Below, one piece after another: positions 31,895-41,066 of a DNA stretch of 64,000 bases. Position numbers and translations under genes: made by a program. The DNA comes from Promethearchaeia archaeon (GTDB lineage: Archaea; Asgardarchaeota; Lokiarchaeia; Sigyniarchaeales; SOKP01): assembly GCA_046497275.1 (NCBI GenBank), contig JAWOFX010000078.1:3024-67023 (forward strand), in the 5' to 3' direction. The notes under the pieces are model-generated. The model saw nothing but the letters and a program-made list of their open reading frames with translations, made no database searches and had not been told where the DNA came from. Each line of letters begins with the position of its first letter. Positions within the stretch are counted from its first letter, which is position 1.

Positions 31895-32445
31895 AATTCT
31901 AATTCTAAATGAATATCATCTGGTTCCAATTGATATAATTCAGGGTTAATTTCTGAAGCCAATTTACAATTCAAAGATAAATAAAATCCAATAGTATGTT
32001 CGGAAGGAGTAGCTGATATATATAACTTTTTTGCTCCTAATTCTTTTGCCTTTAATTTTGCTTTTTCCATCAGTTTTTGACCCAAACCTTTATCTCTGTA
32101 TTTCTGATCAACATGCAGAAAAACCACTTGTAATTGATCTTCGTTTTTACCTATGAATTTCGATTCTAAAGCAACAACACCTATTAAATTCGAATTTTTG
32201 AATGCTCCATAGAAATAACCATTACGTTCATATAAACTGTATAGATTATTAATAATCAAATCTATTTGCTTGGGATTCCAGCCTTTAATATCGTAAACTT
32301 CCTCTTTTAAGACTAATTTACCATTTTCAAAATAGTATATACGATTAATTATTTCACTGCGATCGATTTTTCTAATATCGTCTATTTCGTGTTTTTCCAT
32401 TTTTCTAATTATAATATCCTTCATTATTTCAAAGACTTTAATCAA
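31891..32445 (-). CDS. GNAT family N-acetyltransferase
   Basis: Acetyl-CoA motif A 'VDQKYRDKGLGQKLMEKA'. Confidence 0.85.
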   Translation of the reverse strand: MIKVFEIMKDIIIRKMEKHEIDDIRKIDRSEIINRIYYFENGKLVLKEEVYDIKGWNPKQIDLIINNLYSLYERNGYFYGAFKNSNLIGVVALESKFIGKNEDQLQVVFLHVDQKYRDKGLGQKLMEKAKLKAKELGAKKLYISATPSEHTIGFYLSLNCKLASEINPELYQLEPDDIHLELEL

Positions 32446-32529
32446 TCAAAATAATAATAAGAAAAATATCATATATTTATTTAAAATCTTACTTTATCGA
32501 ATTTTATTTTATGGGGAATAGAAGATAAA

Positions 32530-32943
32530 TTGGAAAAAAAGAAATTAGTTGCGCGATGTGGGTTATGGTGTGGTGCATGTAGAGCATATTTACTTAAGAA
32601 AAAAGATATGTTAGAAGAAAAAGGTTATAAGCGAGGTTGTAATGGATGTTGGATTCAAGATAAAAATTGTGCGTTTTTGAGGAAAAAATGTGAAAAATTA
32701 GGAAATAATATTGATTTTTGTTTTGAATGTGAGGAACTGCCATGTGCTGCTTTAAAAACATTGAATGATACATACATGACTAGGTACAATGTAAACCTTG
32801 TTGAGAATCTCAAAAGAATGAAACAAATTGGAATTGATGAATGGATTAAAGAACAAGAGAATTTGTATATATGTCCAGAATGTGGAGGTGATCTCTGCCT
32901 ACATGATAAAGAATGCTTTGATTGCGGATATAAATTTAATTGA
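32530..32943 (+). CDS. DUF3795-like Cys-rich protein with C-terminal zinc ribbon
   Basis: 'CGLWCGACRAY', 'CNGC', 'CFECEELPC' and 'CPECGG...CFDCG'. Confidence 0.65.
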   Translation: MEKKKLVARCGLWCGACRAYLLKKKDMLEEKGYKRGCNGCWIQDKNCAFLRKKCEKLGNNIDFCFECEELPCAALKTLNDTYMTRYNVNLVENLKRMKQIGIDEWIKEQENLYICPECGGDLCLHDKECFDCGYKFN

Positions 32944-32963
32944 ATTATTTAATTGATTAGAGA

Positions 32964-33446
32964 GTGATTAGAATAGAAAGCGATACTATAGAATTATTAT
33001 CGTATTGTGGGTTATATTGTGGAGCATGTCCTTCTTATTATAAAGGAACATGTTTGGGTTGTAGAAATGAAGATCCTACCCAGAAAAGGAAATCGAAATG
33101 GAATTGTAAAATTCGTGTCTGCTGTTTAAATGAAAAAGATGTCCGCTATTGCGGAGCGTGTTCTGAATTTCCCTGTTTGAAAATTTCTAAGAAGCTGATT
33201 AAGTCTCATCCAAAAGATCCTAAATTTTTTTATAGACATGAGATACCTGAAAATATGAGGGAAATAAAGGAGATTAGTATTCCTAAATGGCTTGAGAAGC
33301 AAGAAGAGAAATGGAAATGTAATGAATGTGGCGGAATGATCACATTCTACGATTATAAATGTATGAAATGTAATAAAAAATCTGAAGCAAAATTTTTGAA
33401 TAAAGAAGGTGATAATAATAAAGATAAAAGATGGGGAACCTCTTGA
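32964..33446 (+). CDS. DUF3795-like Cys-rich protein with C-terminal zinc ribbon (paralog)
   Basis: 'CGLYCGACPSY', 'CLGC', 'CGACSEFPC' and 'CNECGG...CMKC'. Confidence 0.65.
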   Translation: MIRIESDTIELLSYCGLYCGACPSYYKGTCLGCRNEDPTQKRKSKWNCKIRVCCLNEKDVRYCGACSEFPCLKISKKLIKSHPKDPKFFYRHEIPENMREIKEISIPKWLEKQEEKWKCNECGGMITFYDYKCMKCNKKSEAKFLNKEGDNNKDKRWGTS

Positions 33447-34086
33447 TTTAGATGAAATTCGAAAGAAATTTATTAAATATACCCGAAAAGGATTTCAATT
33501 AATACCTAAAATTGAGAACCCAAAAATTTTAGATGTTGGATGTGGAACTGGTGTTCCAACTATAGAATTGGCAAAGATAAGTGGAGGAGAAATAATTGCG
33601 ATGGATATAAACGCTAAAGAGTTGAAAATTTTAGATAAGAAAATTATTAAACAAAAATTGAATAATCAGATAAAAACAATTAATAGATCATTATTCAATA
33701 ATAATTTTAAAGATCAATCATTTGATATTATTTGGGCAGAAGGGGTTTTTCATATAATAGGATTTAAAGAGGGATTTGAAGCTTGTCATAGAATACTTAA
33801 AGATAAAGGATTTCTAGTTTTAAACTCAGAGATTAAAAAGATAAAGGACCATTTAAAAAATTTAGACTCCTTGGATTATAAACTATATGATTGCTATAAA
33901 TTACCCGATGAAATATGGTGGGATGAATTTTATGAACCTTTAGAGAGACATATCAGAAATATAGTAAACAGGAATCCAAATCTTAAAAGTAATAAACAGA
34001 TACGAAGATTTCAAGATGAAATTGCTATGGTGAAATCAAATCCCAAAGATTTCGATACAGCTTTTTATATTTTACAAAAAGTTTGA
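33409..34086 (+). CDS. Class I SAM-dependent methyltransferase
   Basis: Motif I 'ILDVGCGTGVPT' and 'FDIIWAEGVFH'. Confidence 0.8.
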   Translation: MIIIKIKDGEPLDLDEIRKKFIKYTRKGFQLIPKIENPKILDVGCGTGVPTIELAKISGGEIIAMDINAKELKILDKKIIKQKLNNQIKTINRSLFNNNFKDQSFDIIWAEGVFHIIGFKEGFEACHRILKDKGFLVLNSEIKKIKDHLKNLDSLDYKLYDCYKLPDEIWWDEFYEPLERHIRNIVNRNPNLKSNKQIRRFQDEIAMVKSNPKDFDTAFYILQKV

Positions 34087-34143
34087 AAAGAATGTGGTAA
34101 AAAATGAATTTTTTATAATAATAAGAAAAAATTCATTATCTTA

Positions 34144-35118
34144 TTAACCATAAAATCTCTTGAATATTAAGCAAAGATGATAATGAAGCCACCAATGAAG
34201 ATTTGGAAATGATTTAGCTTTGAGAATATAAAAATCCCAAGAACCATCTTTTTTCTGAGTTTGGAGAAAATAATGCAATGCTTGATCTATATTTGGGTTA
34301 TCATAGGAAAAATCCATAATCGATAATGAATCTAATGCTGAAATTAGATCGGTCCACCAAAAAGGATAAGAATATTTGGTCCAATATTCCCTAGCACTTC
34401 TTGCAGAGTATAGGTCTTTTGTAAAGAAGCGAATAGCCAAAAGTTTTCCCGCTTTTTTTGCAGAAGGATGGTTTTTATAATTTGGATGTTGAGAAAATGC
34501 TCGCAGAACGATACCAGTGACCCAATGGCAAAATGGAAGATTTTTATCGGGCACAATAGGATCCTCATCATATAATTCAATAGGTTTTTTAGATATTTGA
34601 GGCATTTCCATAGGTAAGATCCATCCCCCCTCTTCTTGTTCAATGTAAATTAGCCATTTGAATGATTTTATCACTCTTTCATCATCATAATACCCGAGCC
34701 TACATAATAATTCTAAGATAGCAGAATTATAGTTCGGAGAATATTGATTACCATAAATTCCTCGAAAATCTCCCTCCTTAGTTTGAGTTTTAAATAAGAA
34801 ATCAGCAGCCTTTCTCATAGGAGTGAAATAATTATTCATATCGAAGAAAGTAATTAGTTGTGCGACGTGACGATAAGTCTCTAACAATTCATAATTTGTA
34901 TTAATTCCTTTATGTTGTTTTTTCCTTTTATCGGGCCAGGAACCATCATCTTGTTGATAACGAAGAATTTTTTGAGCTCGATCAGTTTCCCATAAAGATT
35001 TGGGTGGTCTGCTACTTTTTTCAAGAAGATATTTTTCTACATGATATTGAACAAGCTCATCTTTAATGCGCAATAATGACGTGAGAGGGTTATATTTAAA
35101 TTGTATTATCCATTTCAT
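34144..35118 (-). CDS. Prenyltransferase/squalene-oxidase repeat (alpha-alpha toroid) protein
   Basis: Repeated 'QQDDGSW', 'QTKEGDF', 'QEEGGW' and 'QKKDGSW' motifs, typical of terpene cyclase / protein prenyltransferase beta-type repeats. Confidence 0.6.
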   Translation of the reverse strand: MKWIIQFKYNPLTSLLRIKDELVQYHVEKYLLEKSSRPPKSLWETDRAQKILRYQQDDGSWPDKRKKQHKGINTNYELLETYRHVAQLITFFDMNNYFTPMRKAADFLFKTQTKEGDFRGIYGNQYSPNYNSAILELLCRLGYYDDERVIKSFKWLIYIEQEEGGWILPMEMPQISKKPIELYDEDPIVPDKNLPFCHWVTGIVLRAFSQHPNYKNHPSAKKAGKLLAIRFFTKDLYSARSAREYWTKYSYPFWWTDLISALDSLSIMDFSYDNPNIDQALHYFLQTQKKDGSWDFYILKAKSFPNLHWWLHYHLCLIFKRFYG

Positions 35119-35237
35119 TTGGTTGCCCTACAATCTATAAGAAGAATTAATTATTATATTACTCTAAAGAAATATGAATTAAGAAATTTAATCATCATAT
35201 TAATTGAAACAAATTAAAACACATCAAAAAATTACAT

Positions 35238-36380
35238 ATGTCGCATACGAGTAAATTAAACTATGCTTTGGTGGGATACGGATTAAATGCTATGGGTCAT
35301 AAGATGGAACTTGAGTCTCATCCACTATTAAAGGGTAGGACAAAATTAATTGCTGGATTTGATCCAGATCCAGAGGCGAGGAAAAATTTAAACAATGAGG
35401 AGGGGATTAAGGTGGCCGAATCATATGAAGATCTTCTAGATACTTCTGGACTTCATGCCGTGTTAATTTGCAGTCCTCCCCAATATCATGCCACACAAGC
35501 TATTGCTGCTTTAGAAGCGGGATATCACGTCTATTCAGAGATACCTATGAGCATTAAAATAAAAGATATTGAAAAAATAATTGAGGCTGAAGAAAGCTCA
35601 AAAAAAGTATATCAACTAGGAGAGAATTATTGTTTTTATCCCGAAGTTCTTTATGCGGGTTATCTTGCTTCTTCTGGAAAGATTGGACCATCTGTGTATG
35701 CCGAATCAGAATATTTACATGATATTACATATAGATGGCGAGAAAGTTGCCGAGGGGGAATAGAAACCCCAAGAGTAGATTCATGGTATCAATTATTTGA
35801 TCCTTTAATGTATGCCCATTCAATTGGTCCTGCTCAAGCAGCATTAGGAGGGATCGATAGTCCTATGCCATTTATTGAGGTTGTAAGTTATGCGAATGAT
35901 ATTGGAGGATATGAAGGCTCTCCCATATGCAGTCCAGCAAAATCTTTTCATGTAGGCTTATTCAGAACTGAATCAAATGCTATCGCAAAGTGTGCCAATG
36001 CGTATGTTTTTGCTCGTGAACCGACGAGAATTACAATTCAGGTAGTTGGAAGATTGGGAACATATGAATGCTATGAAATTGGGAGCCCTGGTAGACTCTT
36101 TCTGGCAGAGGATCATGAAATAACTAGATCTCGTCATAGAAAAGGCAAGTCAAGAACCGTAGACAAAGAAGCGCTTTCTGAAGTGATTGAACCAGTAGAA
36201 GGATTATATTATGGTGGTCAAGCCCGGATTGTTGACAATTGGCTGACATCCATCGAGAAGAATAAAGAATCACTGCTTCATGCGAAATTTGGAGCTAATT
36301 TCTGTCATTCTGGAATAGCAGCGTCAAAATCAGCTCAATCGGGGGGAAAAAAAGAAAAAATCAAGATATACACACAATAA
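35238..36380 (+). CDS. Gfo/Idh/MocA family oxidoreductase
   Basis: N-terminal Rossmann fold and 'VLICSPPQYHATQAIAALEAGYHVYSEIPM' (EKP-like motif). Confidence 0.85.
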   Translation: MSHTSKLNYALVGYGLNAMGHKMELESHPLLKGRTKLIAGFDPDPEARKNLNNEEGIKVAESYEDLLDTSGLHAVLICSPPQYHATQAIAALEAGYHVYSEIPMSIKIKDIEKIIEAEESSKKVYQLGENYCFYPEVLYAGYLASSGKIGPSVYAESEYLHDITYRWRESCRGGIETPRVDSWYQLFDPLMYAHSIGPAQAALGGIDSPMPFIEVVSYANDIGGYEGSPICSPAKSFHVGLFRTESNAIAKCANAYVFAREPTRITIQVVGRLGTYECYEIGSPGRLFLAEDHEITRSRHRKGKSRTVDKEALSEVIEPVEGLYYGGQARIVDNWLTSIEKNKESLLHAKFGANFCHSGIAASKSAQSGGKKEKIKIYTQ

Positions 36381-36427
36381 ATTATTAAACTTATTTTCTC
36401 ATAAATCAAAAATTTGTTTAGAAAAAT

Positions 36428-37429
36428 TTAATTTTTTTTATGTTTATTTAGGATATTATCAGGTAAGTGGATTGCAAATTTACATTCTAATGCCCCACTA
36501 AGTGCAGTTTTTACTGGTTCTACGTTTATCGGTTGTTCTAAAATTTGATCCCAATAAAGTTTATACCAACCTGCACTGCAATGACAAAAATCTTCAGTAA
36601 TTTCCTTTTCAGTGCCCTCTTTTAATGCGCCTCTTATCCAAGGACAATAGCATAGGAAATATTTTTTCATTCGTTCATCTTTGGCATTGAGAAATTCCCT
36701 CATTTGGTAAGGTAATTTTGAGACATATATGATATTTCCCTCTCTAATACCTTCAGCAATCATCTGATTGTTTTTTACTATTTCTATAATTTCCTCATCA
36801 ATTTTTTGAGCGAATTCTAAAGTTCCCTCATCTCTATGTTTCTCGAGTCGTTCGATTAAAATTTTATGTTTGTGTTCCAAAAAGCCATCAATCCCCAATT
36901 CTTTAAGAAGCTCTTTATCCCCCTCAATATCATCTGGAGGGCGCCCATGTAAACATGGCGATAGAAGGTCAATGATTTTTTCATCATCAAGTTTGTCTTT
37001 AAGTCTTTTTAAAATCTCTTTAGTAAATTTTGGTTTCTTTTCAGGATGAGTTCCCAGTGGAGGGATGGTCAAACCATTAAAAATTTCATCTCTTAGAGTC
37101 TCTCCGTGGAAATCTGCTACCCTCAGAAACAAATTATCCATCGCATTATAAGATTCACTAATATCTATTACTTTAGTAATAAATTCATATTTTTTCGAAA
37201 AATTTCCATAGTGAATTATTGCCCTAAGGAAATTTAAAACAGATTCTCTCTCTGATAAGAGAAGGTATTCAGAATAGTCATAAATTGTATCTGGTTGAGT
37301 TTTTTCAAGGGTTAGACCTTTCTTAGAGAGAAATTTCTCATAATTTCTTATGGATTTAATAAATTTCTTGATTCTGTCACTCTCAATTTTTTCCTTTATC
37401 AAATACTTTTTAAATTCTTTTTCATCCAT
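36428..37429 (-). CDS. Hypothetical protein with Cys/His-rich C-terminal domain
   Basis: 333 aa. C-terminal 'FLCYCPW....FCHCSAGW....ECKF'. The N-terminus is helical. Confidence 0.5.
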   Translation of the reverse strand: MDEKEFKKYLIKEKIESDRIKKFIKSIRNYEKFLSKKGLTLEKTQPDTIYDYSEYLLLSERESVLNFLRAIIHYGNFSKKYEFITKVIDISESYNAMDNLFLRVADFHGETLRDEIFNGLTIPPLGTHPEKKPKFTKEILKRLKDKLDDEKIIDLLSPCLHGRPPDDIEGDKELLKELGIDGFLEHKHKILIERLEKHRDEGTLEFAQKIDEEIIEIVKNNQMIAEGIREGNIIYVSKLPYQMREFLNAKDERMKKYFLCYCPWIRGALKEGTEKEITEDFCHCSAGWYKLYWDQILEQPINVEPVKTALSGALECKFAIHLPDNILNKHKKN

Positions 37430-37490
37430 AATTAATCTAATAATTAGATATTATAGTAAAAATATTATTATTTTAGATATAAGTCAGTTA

Positions 37491-38063
37491 TTACTTCATA
37501 TTTTTAATCTGCGGATATCTAAAGCAATAGGTAAGATGATCATTGACCATACCAACTGCTTGCATATAAGCATAAATTATAGTTGGTCCAATAAATTTAA
37601 AGCCTCTTTTCTTCATTTCTTTACTTATTTTTTCCGATAAGAGTGTTTTGCTTGGAATTTCATCTAATGATTTCCAATCGTTTTGGAGCGGTGAATAGTT
37701 CACATATTTCCAAATATAATTATTGAAACTACCAAATTCTTTACGAATCTTGATGAAATTTTTAGCATTATTAATTACCGATCTAATTTTGAGCTCATTT
37801 CTGATGATTCCCTTATTAGTTAATAATTCCTGTACTTTTTTCTCATCATAAGATGCTATCTTTTCAAAGTTAAAATTATCAAATGCTTTCCGATAATTCT
37901 CTCTTTTCTTTAAAATAGTAATCCAACTTAAGCCCGCTTGAGCTCCTTGTAGAATAAGTTGTTCAAATAAATTAACATCGTCATGAATTGGAACTCCCCA
38001 CTCTTCGTCATGATAAATCTTCATAAGTTCATTATTATTTGCCCATTTGCATCTATCTACCAT
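37491..38063 (-). CDS. tag: DNA-3-methyladenine glycosylase I
   Basis: 'CKWA....YHDEEWGVP.HDD..LFE.L.L.GAQAGLSW' and a C-terminal 'H...C' zinc site. Confidence 0.92.
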   Translation of the reverse strand: MVDRCKWANNNELMKIYHDEEWGVPIHDDVNLFEQLILQGAQAGLSWITILKKRENYRKAFDNFNFEKIASYDEKKVQELLTNKGIIRNELKIRSVINNAKNFIKIRKEFGSFNNYIWKYVNYSPLQNDWKSLDEIPSKTLLSEKISKEMKKRGFKFIGPTIIYAYMQAVGMVNDHLTYCFRYPQIKNMK

Positions 38064-38208
38064 ATTTATCGTAATATAAAAATAATCTATGATTCTTATT
38101 TATTATTGATTAATTTTTGAAGTTAAATTATCTCAAAATACTTTTAAATTTAAACTTAAATATTCTCACTTATATACTTCTAATAGTTAAAATCAATTTA
38201 TTTGGATA

Positions 38209-38919
38209 TTGAAAATGGCATTAGACCCGATTGTAATAATTAATGGTGTTTCTAGTTTAATTTTTGTGATAATTTGTATCTTAGTTGGTATTTTTATCAT
38301 AGGCAACTATTTTCAACATAAAAATAAAAATTTGATATATGTTGGATTAGCTTGGATAGGATTGTCTGAACCTTGGTGGTCTTCCTCGTTCTCTTTTGTA
38401 GTCGCTCTTTTTAATGATTCAGGTCTTAGTAATGAGATTTATCTTTTTATTGGAAATGCATTTCTCCCCATTTTCGTATTATTTTGGTTAATAGCAATGG
38501 GGAATCTATTAGATTGGAAATGGAAAAAATATATTTCATTAATATATTCTATTGGTGCTATTATATTTGAAATGATCTTCATATACTTTCTTTTCACCGA
38601 TTATACTATCATTGGTAAAAAGGTTGGTCCCGTTGACATAGATTTTGAATTGATTACTATATTGTTTCTTTTTGTAAATCTATTATTATTTTTTGGTTCA
38701 GGAATATGGTTTGCTGTAAATTCTTTAAAGTCTGATCAGGAACGATTAAAATTAAAAGGTAAATTTCTCTTAAGTGCATTTATTATTTTCTTAGTTGGAA
38801 CCGCCTGGGACATTATCGCAACCAATATCTTTACACGATTACTACTGGTTATTAGTGCTGTTATTTTCTATATAGGATATATTTTACCTCCTAAAATAGA
38901 AAATTTCTTTATAAAATAA
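38209..38919 (+). CDS. Integral membrane protein (about 7 TM)
   Basis: Hydrophobic helices only. ATG at 38215 is an alternative start. Confidence 0.5.
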   Translation: MKMALDPIVIINGVSSLIFVIICILVGIFIIGNYFQHKNKNLIYVGLAWIGLSEPWWSSSFSFVVALFNDSGLSNEIYLFIGNAFLPIFVLFWLIAMGNLLDWKWKKYISLIYSIGAIIFEMIFIYFLFTDYTIIGKKVGPVDIDFELITILFLFVNLLLFFGSGIWFAVNSLKSDQERLKLKGKFLLSAFIIFLVGTAWDIIATNIFTRLLLVISAVIFYIGYILPPKIENFFIK

Positions 38920-39187
38920 CAAATGAACTCAACTTTCTTTTTTTTTATTAAATTAGAATGGTATAAATGAAGTAGACAGATTGATTTAAAAAATAAGACT
39001 ATTTTCCTTTTAGCTGACTTGCTTAAAATGTGAAAATAAAATTTAAATAATATAGACTAAATTTAAAAATAATATTATATATTTCAAAAAAAAGATATTA
39101 TCTCTATTAGGTAAAAATTAAGAACAGTGATCTTCTTTAATGGTACTTGAAAGTTCTTAATTTTAAAAATCAGCCAAAGTAAGAATT

Positions 39188-39997
39188 ATGAAAACTGTTG
39201 TTGTATTATGTTTACCTCGTACGGGGTCTAGTCTTTTAGCTGGTATTCTGCATCGACTGGGTATCAGAATGGGTTCAAGTATGGATTTAGTGCGAGGAAA
39301 ACATGCAAACAAATATGGAGCTTATGAGAATCAAGATTTTTTCAGAACTAATATTAGAATTCTCGCATTGGCAGGAAGTCCAACTTTAGCATGGGCAGAC
39401 ATCCCTGATGCAAAAAAAGTGAAAACTACATTCCAAAAATTTGAACTCAAGATTCAGCAAATAATTCATAAGCATGAACGCGAGCTATGGGGGTGGAAAG
39501 ATCCCAACGTTATCTATACTCTTCCTTATTTTGAAAAGTATTTGGAAAATCCTCATTATATTGTTTTAAAACGTGATATTGAAAGTATAGTAAAATCTCA
39601 CTTAAAATTATCAAAATTTGGGAACTGGAACAATGTCATTTCATATTATATGAATTATATGAATATAAAAACAGTTTTCTACTTTTTTTGGTATATTTTT
39701 AAGTATTTTATTTCTAATATTAACGTATTTAATAATGAACAGATTTATCGAGAAGTTACGACAAAAGGATATGAGAAAATTGAAGAATTTGTAAAAGATA
39801 AAAAGCATATGGAAATATATTTTAATGATTTAATCAACAATCCTACCCAAAGGATTAATCAGATTGTTGAGTTTCTCGATATTGAACCCACAAATCAGCA
39901 ATATAAGAATGCGAAAGTTTTTATTGACAAAGATGAGGTTCATTTCCGTAAAAAACCGAAAAAAAGATTCACTCGGAAAAAAAAATGTATTGGTTGA
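39188..39997 (+). CDS. Sulfotransferase family protein
   Basis: N-terminal 5'-PSB-like loop 'LCLPRTGSSLLAGIL' and 'WGWKDP'. Confidence 0.55.
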   Translation: MKTVVVLCLPRTGSSLLAGILHRLGIRMGSSMDLVRGKHANKYGAYENQDFFRTNIRILALAGSPTLAWADIPDAKKVKTTFQKFELKIQQIIHKHERELWGWKDPNVIYTLPYFEKYLENPHYIVLKRDIESIVKSHLKLSKFGNWNNVISYYMNYMNIKTVFYFFWYIFKYFISNINVFNNEQIYREVTTKGYEKIEEFVKDKKHMEIYFNDLINNPTQRINQIVEFLDIEPTNQQYKNAKVFIDKDEVHFRKKPKKRFTRKKKCIG

Positions 39998-40173
39998 GAT
40001 GTCATAAGTTAGGTAAATACAAAATTTTAGATTGATTCAAAATCTGTTAATCTATTTTTAGAGTATTTAGGGCATTTATATTTTAGAAATAAAGATTAGG
40101 ATACCAGTAAACTTTAAATATAATCTTATTAGATTTTATAATCGAATCCAATTAAAAAAGAAAATAGGAAAAC

Positions 40174-40656
40174 ATGACTCAAAATTGGAAAATTGGTTTA
40201 ATTGCTGGAATTTTAGGTATAATGGCATTCTTCATTCCATTATGGATTATGATTATTGTAGCGGAACCCTCCCTAGGTGATATAAGACTATATCCATATA
40301 GCGTATGGTATTGGGGTCTGGAATTATTACTTGGAACTGGAAACATTAGAATTGATCTGACAATCGATATATTTGCGTTGCTAACAGCAATTGTTTGCTT
40401 ATTTTTGGCTATAATTTCTTTAGTTCTGTCTATTCAAGCTAGAAGATCGGGTATAATAAACGCACTGCTATGGTTGATCATTGGTCTGATATTAATTATT
40501 TTTCCTCTTGGTGAATTAATATATGATTTTATTGCGATAGGTGATGAACCCGTATCTCTCGGAGGGGATTATAGTTTTATTCCAATACCTTTCGCTCCAA
40601 TATTTCTCATAATTGCAGGAATAATCGATATGTTCATCGGATATAAAGCAAGATAA
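40174..40656 (+). CDS. Integral membrane protein (4-5 TM)
   Basis: Hydrophobic helices only. Confidence 0.5.
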   Translation: MTQNWKIGLIAGILGIMAFFIPLWIMIIVAEPSLGDIRLYPYSVWYWGLELLLGTGNIRIDLTIDIFALLTAIVCLFLAIISLVLSIQARRSGIINALLWLIIGLILIIFPLGELIYDFIAIGDEPVSLGGDYSFIPIPFAPIFLIIAGIIDMFIGYKAR

Positions 40657-40851
40657 ACCAAATGAATTATTAAGAATATTTTTTAGTTAATATTTAAAAA
40701 TGCGTTAGAAAAGTCCTTTTTAGTTCATTTAATCTTTATGAAGAGGATTTTGATTCGTTTATGTCTAATTAATGAAGCTTTAATTTCATAATTTCTTAAG
40801 AATCAGGTTTAGTAGACTTTAGGTTGATTGTGGTTATTGGGTCACAGTTAT

Positions 40852-40867
40852 GTCACGGAGTGGTGAC
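40852..40867. promoter_or_regulatory. GC-rich inverted repeat GTCAC-N6-GTGAC upstream of the actin gene (candidate operator or RNA hairpin)
   Basis: GTCAC(40852-56) ggagtg GTGAC(40863-67). A third GTCAC lies at 40841-45, and 'ATTTAAATAT' follows immediately. This is the only G+C-rich patch in a 410-bp AT-rich intergenic region. Confidence 0.25.
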
Positions 40868-41066
40868 AACATTTAAATATGATTATTTCTAGTTCTTAAT
40901 TAGGAAAAATTTTATTAATCAAATGGAAGGTTTAGAATTGAGAATTTTATTAACTCTATTCCATACTCCGTTTGTATAATAAGAGATTTTAATTAAGTCT
41001 CGAGTAAGAAAGCTTGAGAACAATATTAAATATATAAAATAGAAAAATAATAAGTGAGGAATAAAT

